Of a DNA stretch of 64,000 bases, positions 29,717 through 39,008 are shown piece by piece (within the stretch, counting starts at the first letter, position 1; every line of letters starts with the position of its first letter). The position numbers and the translations under genes were made by a program. The stretch covers positions 55,488-119,487 of the IMG/VR virus record IMGVR_UViG_3300047091_000002; one strand, 5' to 3'. The notes beneath the pieces are model-generated. The model was not told where the DNA came from. It saw only the letters and a program-made list of their open reading frames with translations, and made no database searches. The DNA is from a virus.

Positions 29717-30310
29717 GTGTCTACTCGACTATTTTAGCTGCGTTAGCTTAAACTGCGTTAGCATCTTTAGTTTGTAAGCCTGTAATTAGTAATGTCTAAT
29801 CTATTAGTATTACAGTATCATCGTTCCTGTAATTCCCTTTTCAGTAAGTCTATATCTCTTGTGTCACACTATATAAGATTTATTTATTTAGTGTATAAGG
29901 TTTATATAGAAAACCGGGGATTTATCGCATTATCGGACTCAAGTTAAGTTGTTCATTCTAAAGGTAGTTAGGGGAAGTGCAAAAAAGGGTATACCGCAGT
30001 ACCCTCTACATCTGGGCTTTGATGAGTCTACTATATTAGTTTCTATCAGTTACAAGGGTTTCAACAGGAAAAGGGCAAGTTGTGGAAAACTCGTTACAGG
30101 GCATCCTAGAGCGTTTTTTCTGGCATTATAGTTGCTTCGCGTGTGCGCGTTCTATTCTACTCTATTTCGAGATAATAAGATGTAATTTGTAAAACAGGAT
30201 ATATCTCTTACAAAGTAGTTTGTAAGTATCTATCAAGAGTACAGAGGTTACTTCAAGTTCCTTGAGCAAGTGCTATGCCAATTATTTTTATATATTCCTT
30301 TATTTTTTGC

Positions 30311-30338
30311 TTGACATTAGTTTGAATCTGTAGATAAT
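30311..30338 (+). promoter_or_regulatory. sigma70-type promoter
   Basis: TTGACA - 16 nt - GATAAT. Confidence 0.6.
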
Positions 30339-30341
30339 AGG

Positions 30342-30610
30342 GGCTGTCGCAGGAAAGCGGCAAAATCGAGCAAGGCGCGGGGAGCGCAAGGATTTGAATA
30401 AACCAAGTGGCTTGCGCGATTAACTCGAAAGGGTGAAAGGCAAGTTTAGAATAAAGGTTTGTAACTTGCGAAGTTGTTTACTGGCTAGACTTTGATTCGC
30501 TTAGATGTTCGATTCTAACCGATGAAATCCGCAAGTAAAAGATAGATAAAATGCAACCAGTATCTACAGTATTTAATAAAAGAAAAGGCTAGGCGCAAGT
30601 CTAGCCTTTT
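30342..30610 (+). ncRNA. Candidate ~265-nt structured RNA
   Basis: Between promoter and terminator, no ORF; GNRA-type hairpins, GCGCAAG/CTTGCGC and TTAGAAT/ATTCTAA helices. Confidence 0.55.
30583..30610 (+). terminator. Intrinsic terminator
   Basis: AAAAGGCTAGGC-GCAA-GTCTAGCCTTTT. Confidence 0.75.
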
Positions 30611-30619
30611 GGGGTTGTT

Positions 30620-30811
30620 ATGGTCAAAAGTGAGATCAAAAGAGGGATGCGAGTATATGATTGCCGGTCAATGCGATATGGTATCGTATTGGCGGTTTTT
30701 TCTTCTAGTGTGAAACTGAGACTTGAGGATAGACAAGGCGAGGTTAGAAAGTATCCTCTTGAGACTGTTTCCTCAGTTTCGACTATAAGTAAAGAGAGGG
30801 TAATTCTATGA
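30620..30811 (+). CDS. Small SH3/KOW-like beta-barrel protein (putative)
   Basis: IKRGMRVYD...YGIVLAV...VKLRLED pattern. Confidence 0.45.
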   Translation: MVKSEIKRGMRVYDCRSMRYGIVLAVFSSSVKLRLEDRQGEVRKYPLETVSSVSTISKERVIL

Positions 30812-31836
30812 ATAAAAATGCTAGAAAAAAGGCATATAAGGCGAGTGAAGAAAAGAGCTTGCATACTCGCAAGATAGTACCCTCAGAGGGTATATCAGCT
30901 ATTTTAGTTGATAAGCAAGTAGCGGCAAGCATAAAGCGAATAGTAAATGATAAGGTAGATACCGCGCTACTTCGTGAGCGCATAGGGCTATTTTCTCGAT
31001 TAGATAAGATTAGTTTTGAATCTTCTTTCGCTTTGCAAGTAAAATCACTTAAGGTAATATTATTTGCCTCAGATGGTTCGAGTAGGCGTATCGGAGCGGG
31101 AAGGCGTAATGATGTACTTAGTATGTCTTATAAGCCTAATGCGGGTTCGCATCAAAGGGGTGATACGCACAGGCGAGAATGGACAGAGCTTAAAAAACTA
31201 AATGTTCATACACCCTCTAAGCTCTTAACCCGCTCTGCTCTAATAGATGCAGAGTTTTTGACTGCTAGGGTGGAAGGCAAATTGATTGAATTTTTATCGG
31301 GATCAATGAGGGCAATTACCCTTGCCACTTCGGGCAATAACGTAGCGGTATCGGGAAGTCAATATAATGACTTTCAATTAATTCGCAAACGCAAGGGCAA
31401 TAAGCAATTAGCAAGCAAGTCGGATGCGGGGGGATTTGTATATCACTCCAAATTTGAATATAGCGGACCTATTAACGCAGAAGGGGAACGGGGAACCATA
31501 ATCGGTATCCCTGCTGGCAGGCGTAAATTTGATAAAGAAGGTAATAAAATTGAGTACGCCAGCGATGAACCAGAATTGCCTGTTGATTTATCAACTAAAA
31601 CTATCCCTGAATCTAAATCAAGGGTGGGCAACGCAAGGAAAGAAATTCGATTTGGCAAGGCTGATACCCGCAAACCGGCGGTGGGGGCTGATCCTGCGAA
31701 GTTAGATTATTATCGCAGAATAGATAAAGAATCGGCTTTGCGCGAATCAAAATTGATTGTAGCGTCACTTGTTGCGCGTTCTTCAATCGAGATTGTTTTA
31801 ACTCTTTTAGCTACTCAAATTAACCTATTTGAGTAA
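30808..31836 (+). CDS. Hypothetical basic early protein
   Basis: 342-aa ORF, Lys/Arg/Ser-rich, no motif recognised. Confidence 0.65.
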   Translation: MNKNARKKAYKASEEKSLHTRKIVPSEGISAILVDKQVAASIKRIVNDKVDTALLRERIGLFSRLDKISFESSFALQVKSLKVILFASDGSSRRIGAGRRNDVLSMSYKPNAGSHQRGDTHRREWTELKKLNVHTPSKLLTRSALIDAEFLTARVEGKLIEFLSGSMRAITLATSGNNVAVSGSQYNDFQLIRKRKGNKQLASKSDAGGFVYHSKFEYSGPINAEGERGTIIGIPAGRRKFDKEGNKIEYASDEPELPVDLSTKTIPESKSRVGNARKEIRFGKADTRKPAVGADPAKLDYYRRIDKESALRESKLIVASLVARSSIEIVLTLLATQINLFE

Positions 31837-31888
31837 ATGTTGCGATAGTCTCTAAAGAGTCAGTTAGTACAGTAGAATACCCTCTCTT

Positions 31889-31922
31889 ATGCCTAGACTC
31901 TTAAATGAGTCTAGGCATTTTG
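31889..31922 (+). terminator. Intrinsic terminator
   Basis: ATGCCTAGACTC-TTAAAT-GAGTCTAGGCAT-TTT. Confidence 0.7.
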
Positions 31923-31967
31923 TATTGAGTAGTCCTTTGATTACTCTAATTTAACTTAAAAAGGAAA

Positions 31968-32975
31968 ATGAACCCTATGACTAATGAAGTGAACAACTTA
32001 ACAGATGCAAGCGCATCTGAGGTAACTAACAATGCAACAGAACAGAAGAAAACTCCTAAACCAGCGAAGCAAGTAACCCAATCTCAACCTAGCCTGATGG
32101 AACGGGCTATCGGATATTGCAGGCAGCTTGATAAAGAAATCAAGAGAGAGGGGAAGGCTGGCGCAGGGATTAGCCGCGATGCGGCGATTGCAGAGACTCA
32201 AGAGAGTATGCGGTTGATGTTTGCAATTACCGTGCTAGGTACTTTCGCGACTGTCGCAAAGCTTTTCAGGCAATATCACACTAGACTCAAATCAGAGGTA
32301 GAAAACTTTGATGAAGGTCTATTCTGGAAGGATGATAAGATTGCTCAAGAGATAATCAACCGGGCATCAAGCTCGATTGATACTGAGCTTAACGGTACGC
32401 CTAAATTGACTAAAGAGGGCACTGTTAAATACAAGCGTGATAAGGTAGTGTCACGCCTAGCTAACATAGTTGCCCCCTTGATTCAATTAGGAATTAGGTC
32501 AGAGGATATTATGCTACGTCTAATGCTCAAGATGAAATTGGACTCTAGCGCCGATTTCGCAAAAGCATTAGATACGGTAGTTAGAGGGTGTGAATTGTTT
32601 CGTCCGGTTTACTCAGCCGTGCGGTATCTCAAATATGCGGGTCTAATTGTTGCAAAGAAGGAAGATAAACAGCAAGAATTTGACTTGTACAGAGTGATTG
32701 CGAATCGGGCTGACATTGATGGATTGACAAGTCAAGGGGCTGCAAATGCGCTTAATGATGTAGTCAATACCGCGTATCAGTTTTTTACAAAAGAGCCGTC
32801 GAAGATACTTACTCCTGAGCAAGTTGCGTTCGTAGTGGAACAAGTAAATGCTCATAACGCAGGAGTTAGAGCGAGAATTCAGAAGGGAGAGAAGAAAGCG
32901 GACATCCCTAGCCTGTTGTGGGAAAATGTCAAGCTGGCAAAGTCTAACGCCGCGAGCGCTGGCACAAATGCGTAA
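31968..32975 (+). CDS. Hypothetical helical early protein
   Basis: 335-aa ORF with AAGGA RBS, disordered N-terminus. Confidence 0.75.
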   Translation: MNPMTNEVNNLTDASASEVTNNATEQKKTPKPAKQVTQSQPSLMERAIGYCRQLDKEIKREGKAGAGISRDAAIAETQESMRLMFAITVLGTFATVAKLFRQYHTRLKSEVENFDEGLFWKDDKIAQEIINRASSSIDTELNGTPKLTKEGTVKYKRDKVVSRLANIVAPLIQLGIRSEDIMLRLMLKMKLDSSADFAKALDTVVRGCELFRPVYSAVRYLKYAGLIVAKKEDKQQEFDLYRVIANRADIDGLTSQGAANALNDVVNTAYQFFTKEPSKILTPEQVAFVVEQVNAHNAGVRARIQKGEKKADIPSLLWENVKLAKSNAASAGTNA

Positions 32976-33010
32976 GTAATCAAGGGTAAATCACTACAAG
33001 TAGACCGTTT

Positions 33011-33043
33011 AAGGTTAGGTACTGAGAAGTATCTAGCCTTTTG
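33011..33043 (+). terminator. Intrinsic terminator
   Basis: AAGGTTAGGTACT-GAGA-AGTATCTAGCCTT-TTT. Confidence 0.7.
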
Positions 33044-33074
33044 CGGTTGAATAGTTTGATTGAATGCTCCCGTT

Positions 33075-33193
33075 TAGGCGATACTTTGCAACAACTAAGC
33101 AACAAGTCTAAGTTGAATTCTAGCTATAGGTTACGAATAAGTTAACTAGATAGCAGATTCTAAAATGATTAGTTTGTGTGCGGGTATCGCCTA
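33075..33193 (+). ncRNA. Candidate ~120-nt structured leader/RNA
   Basis: TAGGCGATAC (33075-33084) pairs perfectly with GTATCGCCTA (33184-33193). Confidence 0.4.
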
Positions 33194-33220
33194 TTACTAA
33201 ATTAGTGAAGGAGGAAGAGT

Positions 33221-33367
33221 ATGCCTGAGAACTTTGAAAGCAGTTTAGTATCTGAATTTACTCAAAACTGGATTGACGATCTACAGGCTAAGATTAAAGC
33301 AAAAGGACTCAATCCAAATATGGTTAGGTACGTATGCGAAGATTGCGACCAGAATTCTTACGCATAA
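33221..33367 (+). CDS. Hypothetical protein (48 aa)
   Basis: AGGAGG RBS; MPENFESSLV...CEDCDQNSYA. Confidence 0.5.
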   Translation: MPENFESSLVSEFTQNWIDDLQAKIKAKGLNPNMVRYVCEDCDQNSYA

Positions 33368-33446
33368 GGGGGGTAAGCTATGAAACCAAGCTGCGGGGTT
33401 TTAATTTCTGACTAACAGAATAAAATGTAGAGGGTAACAGTACCCT

Positions 33447-33866
33447 CTACATAACATCAAAATTTGAAGGTATATACATAATTTCGTTTTTATTATCGGG
33501 AAAGACTAACGCCAAAACATCGTATTTAGTTGTATTTACTGGCTTTGCATAGGTTATCTTTCCCTTATGAGATATTCTTGCGGTTTTAATTTCTATTCTA
33601 TAGAGTTGGTCATTTTTTTGCGCTATGATGTCAGCAGAACAAGACGGGGAAACAGCCCTAAAAACCTCGAACCCTCTATGAAGTAGATCAGCGCACACTA
33701 TTAACTCGGACGCAGCCCCCGTACTAGCTGGCGTACTGGCAGATATTGTAAGCGGTTTAGGAAGCGCGTAACTTAGAGATTTACACTTTTTAGTACAAAA
33801 AAGTTGTCGGTATTTATATACAGATTTGTATTGCTTACCGCAATTTTTACAAGATTTGTAAAACAT
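33447..33866 (-). CDS. PD-(D/E)XK endonuclease (I-Ssp6803I/PDDEXK_5-like homing endonuclease) with N-terminal Zn finger
   Basis: GAASELIVCADLLHRGFEVF...ADIIAQK...IEIKT; CxxC...CxxxC N-terminus; inverted relative to neighbours. Confidence 0.8.
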   Translation of the reverse strand: MFYKSCKNCGKQYKSVYKYRQLFCTKKCKSLSYALPKPLTISASTPASTGAASELIVCADLLHRGFEVFRAVSPSCSADIIAQKNDQLYRIEIKTARISHKGKITYAKPVNTTKYDVLALVFPDNKNEIMYIPSNFDVM

Positions 33867-33889
33867 TTTAATATTTTATCACAGTTACA

Positions 33890-35725
33890 GCGATTTGTCA
33901 AATACGTTTGGGACATCTAGGCAAGGTATCTAATACGGTATCTTGCCTTTAAGCATTGCTAGGTTTGTTTGTAGGTTAGTTACTAATGAAAGTGAGGTAT
34001 CTATATGCTGCCCTAGATAATCTGCGGTTGCGAGATTAAAAAGGCATACAAACAAAGAATACAATTTTAACGCAATTGGCAAGGTGGATTTATTCTATCT
34101 TGCCTTTTGCTGTCGCTAGGTTCGATTTTAAGAGGTTTTTACTTCTAGAATGAATCTTTCCTAGTCTAAGGCGCAACGATTCGTTAAAAACGATTCTAGC
34201 GCATTTATTAACATACTCTATGCCTATAGATATTTTCTAGGGTATAGGGTTTAACCGATTCTGCAATATCGGAAAAATTGCAATGCTAAACACTCTTTAT
34301 CGAAGTGGCGGAAAGCACGTTAGCGGGACGCTGACCCTTATTCGCAAGCATTATAAGTAAATCGGTTATGTCAGAGTAACGAGTCAGATCAATGACGTTC
34401 AACACAATTGACTGTGATATTTGACTTGCTGATTAATCCATTAGCGACGTATAGGGCAAGGGCTGATTACGTTAAGCTATAAAGTTTTGTTATTGACCGG
34501 AGATGACCGAGGCCACATTGTAAAATGAGGGTACACGCTACCTCCCAACGCAGTGACGAAGGAAAACTGCGTTCAAGATGCGACGAAAGCACCTTGTCTC
34601 AATAACAAATCAGGCAATACCCGTGAAGTGGTGGAGTAGTCGGTTCTAGGTTGGAAGTAGAAGGAAACTTCTATATAATATCTAGTGACGCTGGCAAAGA
34701 GTGGCAGAGGGAAATTAAATATAAATTTTCTTTATAGGGGCTGCCCTTCCTAGCTATAGGGTTTAACCCGTCGTAAGTAGTATAAAAAACGACAAGATAC
34801 AGCCGTCACTTTAGGTTCCTAGAACATAGACAAAATTACATAGACAGGATTTCGTGAATGCTATGGCTACTCACGAAACTAGGGACTTTTATTCCTAGTA
34901 GTACGAGATTGACGACCGGGGCGTGTCTCATTTAGCAATCGGTATGTTTATTATAGAGAATTGCATATTGAGCGTGTGAACGTGTGTGTCGTCAACCGAA
35001 CGGCTACCTTATGTGATAGTTAAAAAAGCCTAGTCAGATAGTCCAATAGATGTAAAACTGCGTAATCACGGAGTACCGACTGGTACTCTAGCTGGCAAAA
35101 CCTTAGTGAGATATGTAATTGAGCATATCAAAACTCTTTGTACCTAGTTTCGTGGTCGTTGCGCGTTCTTTTTTGTAGCATCATGCGAGGATAAAAAAGA
35201 ACAAGTTTAAGAAACCTACGCAGTTTTACTAAATTAGTCAATCGTGAAATCTTCGTGATTCCAGATAACATGCTGGGCGAGATTACTCGTTGCTATAACT
35301 CATAGTGTGACGAGACTCGATAAATGATTGACTAATTTAGTCACATCGAGCGATAATAGAGTATATAACTCTGGAGCTTGGACCTAATCACTGACGATAA
35401 ACTCTATGATTAGCGGGTAGAACGCGAATGCCCGAATAGCCGATAGCTGCGGATCAATTGTAATGGATAGTCATCAAGGATTTTCCACCTCTTAAACTCC
35501 TGGATTCTCCGTATACATCCCCATATGACTATCTGTTTCAGTTGATCCATATGCGACGAAGGCTTAATTTGCGCGTCGTTTCTTGATTCATCTAAAAGAA
35601 ACGTTACAACCAGATGACAACCTACCTTAGATTATTCTCTATTAACCTCAAAGTTCCCTGTAATGCAGTCTCAAAGTTCCTTAGCGATTTGAAAAGACAT
35701 TTCGGATAGATTTATTCTATCGGAA
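33890..35725 (+). ncRNA. Candidate giant structured non-coding RNA (or RNA cluster)
   Basis: No ORF of 60 aa or more; many perfect 8-17 bp nested helices (e.g. 35052-35064/35217-35229, 35229-35245/35324-35340); adjacent to tRNA. Confidence 0.75.
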
Positions 35726-35834
35726 TTAACGATAAACGATTACAGTGATTTGAGTACAATTCAGATAACTATATTAGTTATTGGAGCTAACGACAAGTTA
35801 ATATGGTAATTTAAGGTAGGTTGAAAGATAATTT

Positions 35835-35907
35835 GGGGCTATGGACAAGTGGTTAAGTCGTTTCCCTTTCAAGGAAAAGATCGAGGGTTCAAATCCCTCT
35901 AGCCCTA
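35835..35907 (+). tRNA. trnE: tRNA-Glu (UUC), CCA not encoded
   Basis: GGGGCTA/TAGCCCT acceptor, D arm with GG, TTTCC-CTTTCAA-GGAAA anticodon arm, GAGGG-TTCAAAT-CCCTC T arm. Confidence 0.95.
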
Positions 35908-36231
35908 CATAATATCGAAAATAGATTTTTAGAAAAACAATAGAAAGGCATCACCAATGATTTCAACAGTACAGGAATTAATTGATCAATTGAAAAAATT
36001 TGATCCGTTGGCAAAACCGATGATCTACAATCCCAACATGGAATGCGATGAGGAAATACACGCCATAACAGCATTTCCCCAAGAGAATGTTGTTATTTTA
36101 GATTAATGACTTGGAAAAAAGAGGTTGATTCTGTGAGCGCAAGCTTATACGGAAATTACAGCATTGAAAGCTTAAAAAGAATTCATACTGGTTCGCGCCT
36201 AGTGTGTCTTTCGATAGGTTCTGCGTAAAAC

Positions 36232-36459
36232 TTGGAGGTTTTAATGTCTTACCACGCCAACTACTACGACCGGGAGCCTTACCACTTTGAGCAAATCTCT
36301 TTTGAAGAAATGCTTGGATGGGTCGCTCGTGAAAGTAAGCTAACCGGTGAAAAGCAATCTGATCTTATGAGCCTGATCTGCGGAAACGGGATGCGAAATT
36401 CATTTGGAAATATTGTCCGCAGAGTTGGCCCGGACAGATTCTATATTTACCTTTACTGA
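36232..36459 (+). CDS. Hypothetical protein
   Basis: GGAGG RBS before ATG at 36244. Confidence 0.55.
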   Translation: MEVLMSYHANYYDREPYHFEQISFEEMLGWVARESKLTGEKQSDLMSLICGNGMRNSFGNIVRRVGPDRFYIYLY

Positions 36460-36614
36460 TGCCCGTTTACTGAGATAACCGTTATGAAATTTTTACAACT
36501 CCTAATCAATCAATTCGCGATCAACGTCACAACCGCAGATGGCGAAGACCTAAACATCAATGTCCTCAACCTGACGGCGGTTACAAAATCCAAGTATTGA
36601 ATCTATGAGGTATT

Positions 36615-36959
36615 ATGTTCTCAACTACAATAGAATCTGGGGGAATGAAGAGATCCCTTACGTTATTTGTTGACGACATAGATGTAGGATTTATTTTTAT
36701 CCGTATTGACAAATTAACGGGGACATTTTCTACTCTTAATGTTTATTATAAATATAGAGGGAAGGGATACGCCCAACAAATACTTAAAGATGCTATTAAG
36801 CATTGCCAACTCCTCGGACTACGGAAAATTGAAACCTCTATTCTTGCCAAAAACAAAACCTCAATGCACATACACAAGAAAGTCGGATTCGAGATAGTTT
36901 CATCAAAATCTACCATTCAAGGAAAAGAATTCTTTTTACGGAAAATTTTGTCTAAATAG
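36615..36959 (+). CDS. GNAT-family acetyltransferase
   Basis: VYYKYRGKGYAQQIL acetyl-CoA motif A; NKTSMHIHKKVGF motif B. Confidence 0.85.
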   Translation: MFSTTIESGGMKRSLTLFVDDIDVGFIFIRIDKLTGTFSTLNVYYKYRGKGYAQQILKDAIKHCQLLGLRKIETSILAKNKTSMHIHKKVGFEIVSSKSTIQGKEFFLRKILSK

Positions 36960-36968
36960 GAGAATAGC

Positions 36969-37172
36969 ATGGACAACAAACAATTTGTACGAATCGCTTG
37001 GCTTGCTATCGAACAACTTCAAAATCGGTACGAAAATGATAGAGAATGGAGAATAGGATACCGAGATGAAGCCCTTGAGATATTTGATTCTTTGACTGAT
37101 AAGCAAAGAGAAGAGATGTATCAGCAATACAGAGTATCAAGGCACGACATTGAAACGTGGGGAGGTTATTAA
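36969..37172 (+). CDS. Hypothetical protein
   Basis: GGAG RBS, ORF track. Confidence 0.55.
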   Translation: MDNKQFVRIAWLAIEQLQNRYENDREWRIGYRDEALEIFDSLTDKQREEMYQQYRVSRHDIETWGGY

Positions 37173-37252
37173 TGCCAACCCACATCTGTCTTGTAACTAA
37201 TATTTAAGATGGTCCTTGTTACGAATGTGATGCAGAAAGTGAGAAATTAATC

Positions 37253-37612
37253 ATGGATAACGAAAAGACAGCTTCCATAAATCTAGATGGCATTAAAATG
37301 AAGGTAGTTTCATCTAGTGGAGTTATTGGTTCCGAAACTATTTTTACTTTTTGGCAAACTGGGAATCTTGTGTACGCCGATTACGTTGGCGGAGATATAA
37401 TTAAAGGATTTCTAGCGGGAAAAAGTTCAAATAACGGAGAAGAACTTGACTTTCGATATGTTCAGTTAGACATCAATGGAAATTTTGACAGTGGCACTTC
37501 AACATGCGATGTTTTTAGAAACAAAAAAGGAAATATTGAAATGCGGGAATACTTTGCGTGGACCTCTCGAAAAGGAGAGGGAAAAAATATACTGAAGGAA
37601 ATAAAAGAATAA
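37253..37612 (+). CDS. Small lipocalin-like beta-barrel protein (family often mis-annotated N-acetylglutamate synthase)
   Basis: ETIFTFWQTGNLVYADYVGGDIIKGFLAG...LDFRYVQL...REYFAW pattern. Confidence 0.55.
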   Translation: MDNEKTASINLDGIKMKVVSSSGVIGSETIFTFWQTGNLVYADYVGGDIIKGFLAGKSSNNGEELDFRYVQLDINGNFDSGTSTCDVFRNKKGNIEMREYFAWTSRKGEGKNILKEIKE

Positions 37613-37793
37613 TTATGTTGCCTAAATTAGTTAAGAGAAACGCAATCCAACCTAAACAACTAATTCTGAAGCCTACCTTACGAGACCTCTCGCGTAATCT
37701 AACTCTGATAGTTAAAGAATTTAGGGCTACGAAGAGGTTGGAGAATTCCAGAAACCAATTTCAACAACTATTTAAGTAAAAGAGACTTCGGAT

Positions 37794-38069
37794 ATGAATA
37801 AAAGGATAATTTCTTGGAGCGTTGGTGAAGTAACATTCAGTCGGGGTTTTATCTTCGGAAATTATAATAATTCCTACTCGGCATTTACTAAGTTAATTAA
37901 AGAAGCCAAGAAGGATTTCCCTAGCCTGTCTAACGAAGACATCGAGTTAAGTAAAATAACCAAAAGCTCTTATATGAAGGGCTTTATCTTTGTTAGCTTC
38001 CCCGTCAGAGCTAAGATGGTTCACAAAGAGTATTCAAATTGGAGTAGATTCGATTTTGATGATCATTAG
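37794..38069 (+). CDS. Hypothetical protein
   Basis: ORF track, co-oriented. Confidence 0.55.
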   Translation: MNKRIISWSVGEVTFSRGFIFGNYNNSYSAFTKLIKEAKKDFPSLSNEDIELSKITKSSYMKGFIFVSFPVRAKMVHKEYSNWSRFDFDDH

Positions 38070-38427
38070 GAGGATGTATGAAACTATATAGATTTTATTG
38101 GAATGGCGGGAGAATGATTGATAAGACTGGCGAAACACCACAAGAAGCTATCCAAAAAATAGAATTCAAAGATATTCTTGATGCCCCGGATAGTTACGAA
38201 GAAATTTTTGAAGAATAAAAGAGCTTAATGAAAACGGACACGTTAAAATAACATTCGGAGGTTAGTTATGACTACAGTTATATATGAGAAGATTGATCCC
38301 AGTCTAGGCAGTATAACAGCAGCAGGGTGGGTTGCATTGACATTGTTTGCATTGCACCTAATTGCAATTTCCATAAACCATATAAAAGTAACAACCTTGA
38401 ACCTTAACCAACGATAAAGGATATACT

Positions 38428-38664
38428 ATGAGATATAAATCTGATAAAACACTTGGATGCGGTTGTTTTTTGTTAATTATTGCATTTAATCTTACCGTTG
38501 GCGCTCTAGCATTTCAATACTCTCTCTCTACAGTATTCGGGAAAAACATCCCTTGGTACGGAGATGTTATTGCGGGGTTATTTCTAGGGGAATTTACAAT
38601 TCCTTGTGCTATCGTTTGTTGGATTATAACACTTTGCGGAGTTGAAGCTCCCTTTGTAAGATAA
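38428..38664 (+). CDS. Small membrane protein
   Basis: Two hydrophobic segments after GCGC motif. Confidence 0.55.
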   Translation: MRYKSDKTLGCGCFLLIIAFNLTVGALAFQYSLSTVFGKNIPWYGDVIAGLFLGEFTIPCAIVCWIITLCGVEAPFVR

Positions 38665-38687
38665 AGATGGGGTAGAGGAACCCTAAA

Positions 38688-39008
38688 ATGACAGAAAGAA
38701 TTTTTGCATGTTGCGGAGGAACCAGCCCTTATCATATAAAATATTGTCAGTATGCGCCCGAAAACAAAGATAAGCAGCTTGTAGTCAAGCCAGTAATTCC
38801 CTTACTAGGCGATGATGGAAAGCCGAATGGGCGTTATTATGCTGATTTCCCAGAGAAAACCATAATACACGGATGGAATACGGAGAGGGTTGCCGTATAT
38901 GCATACGGAGTTGCTCCAAAAAATGTAATATGTGAAGAACCTAGATATTTTTCGTATGTCGGTACGTGTTTAACAGAAGTTCAATATATTGATTCGGAGG
39001 AATGTTAG
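38688..39008 (+). CDS. Hypothetical protein
   Basis: ORF track. Confidence 0.5.
   Translation: MTERIFACCGGTSPYHIKYCQYAPENKDKQLVVKPVIPLLGDDGKPNGRYYADFPEKTIIHGWNTERVAVYAYGVAPKNVICEEPRYFSYVGTCLTEVQYIDSEEC

Larger units (their letters stand above)
28220..30300. other. About 2-kb AT-rich, nearly gene-free strand-switch region (candidate genome terminus or origin)
   Basis: Genes diverge on either side; only one 45-codon ORF is supported; purine-rich tract then palindrome-rich alternating tract. Confidence 0.6.

Noticed and set aside
11925-30089. DnaA boxes (TTATCCACA at 11925-11933; TGTGGAAAA at 30081-30089)
   Set aside because: Isolated single boxes are expected by chance in 64 kb of AT-rich DNA; no cluster
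34547-35400. Hammerhead ribozyme cores (GTGACGA...GAAA at 34553; CTGACGA at 35391)
   Set aside because: First lacks the CUGA core and stem II; second has no downstream GAAA/stem III
33890-35725. Group I or group II intron as the identity of the large RNA
   Set aside because: No domain V (AGC triad hairpin) or GUGYG start; CAGATAGTCC near 35035 resembles the S element but no matching P7/R partner was found; no interrupted gene flanks it
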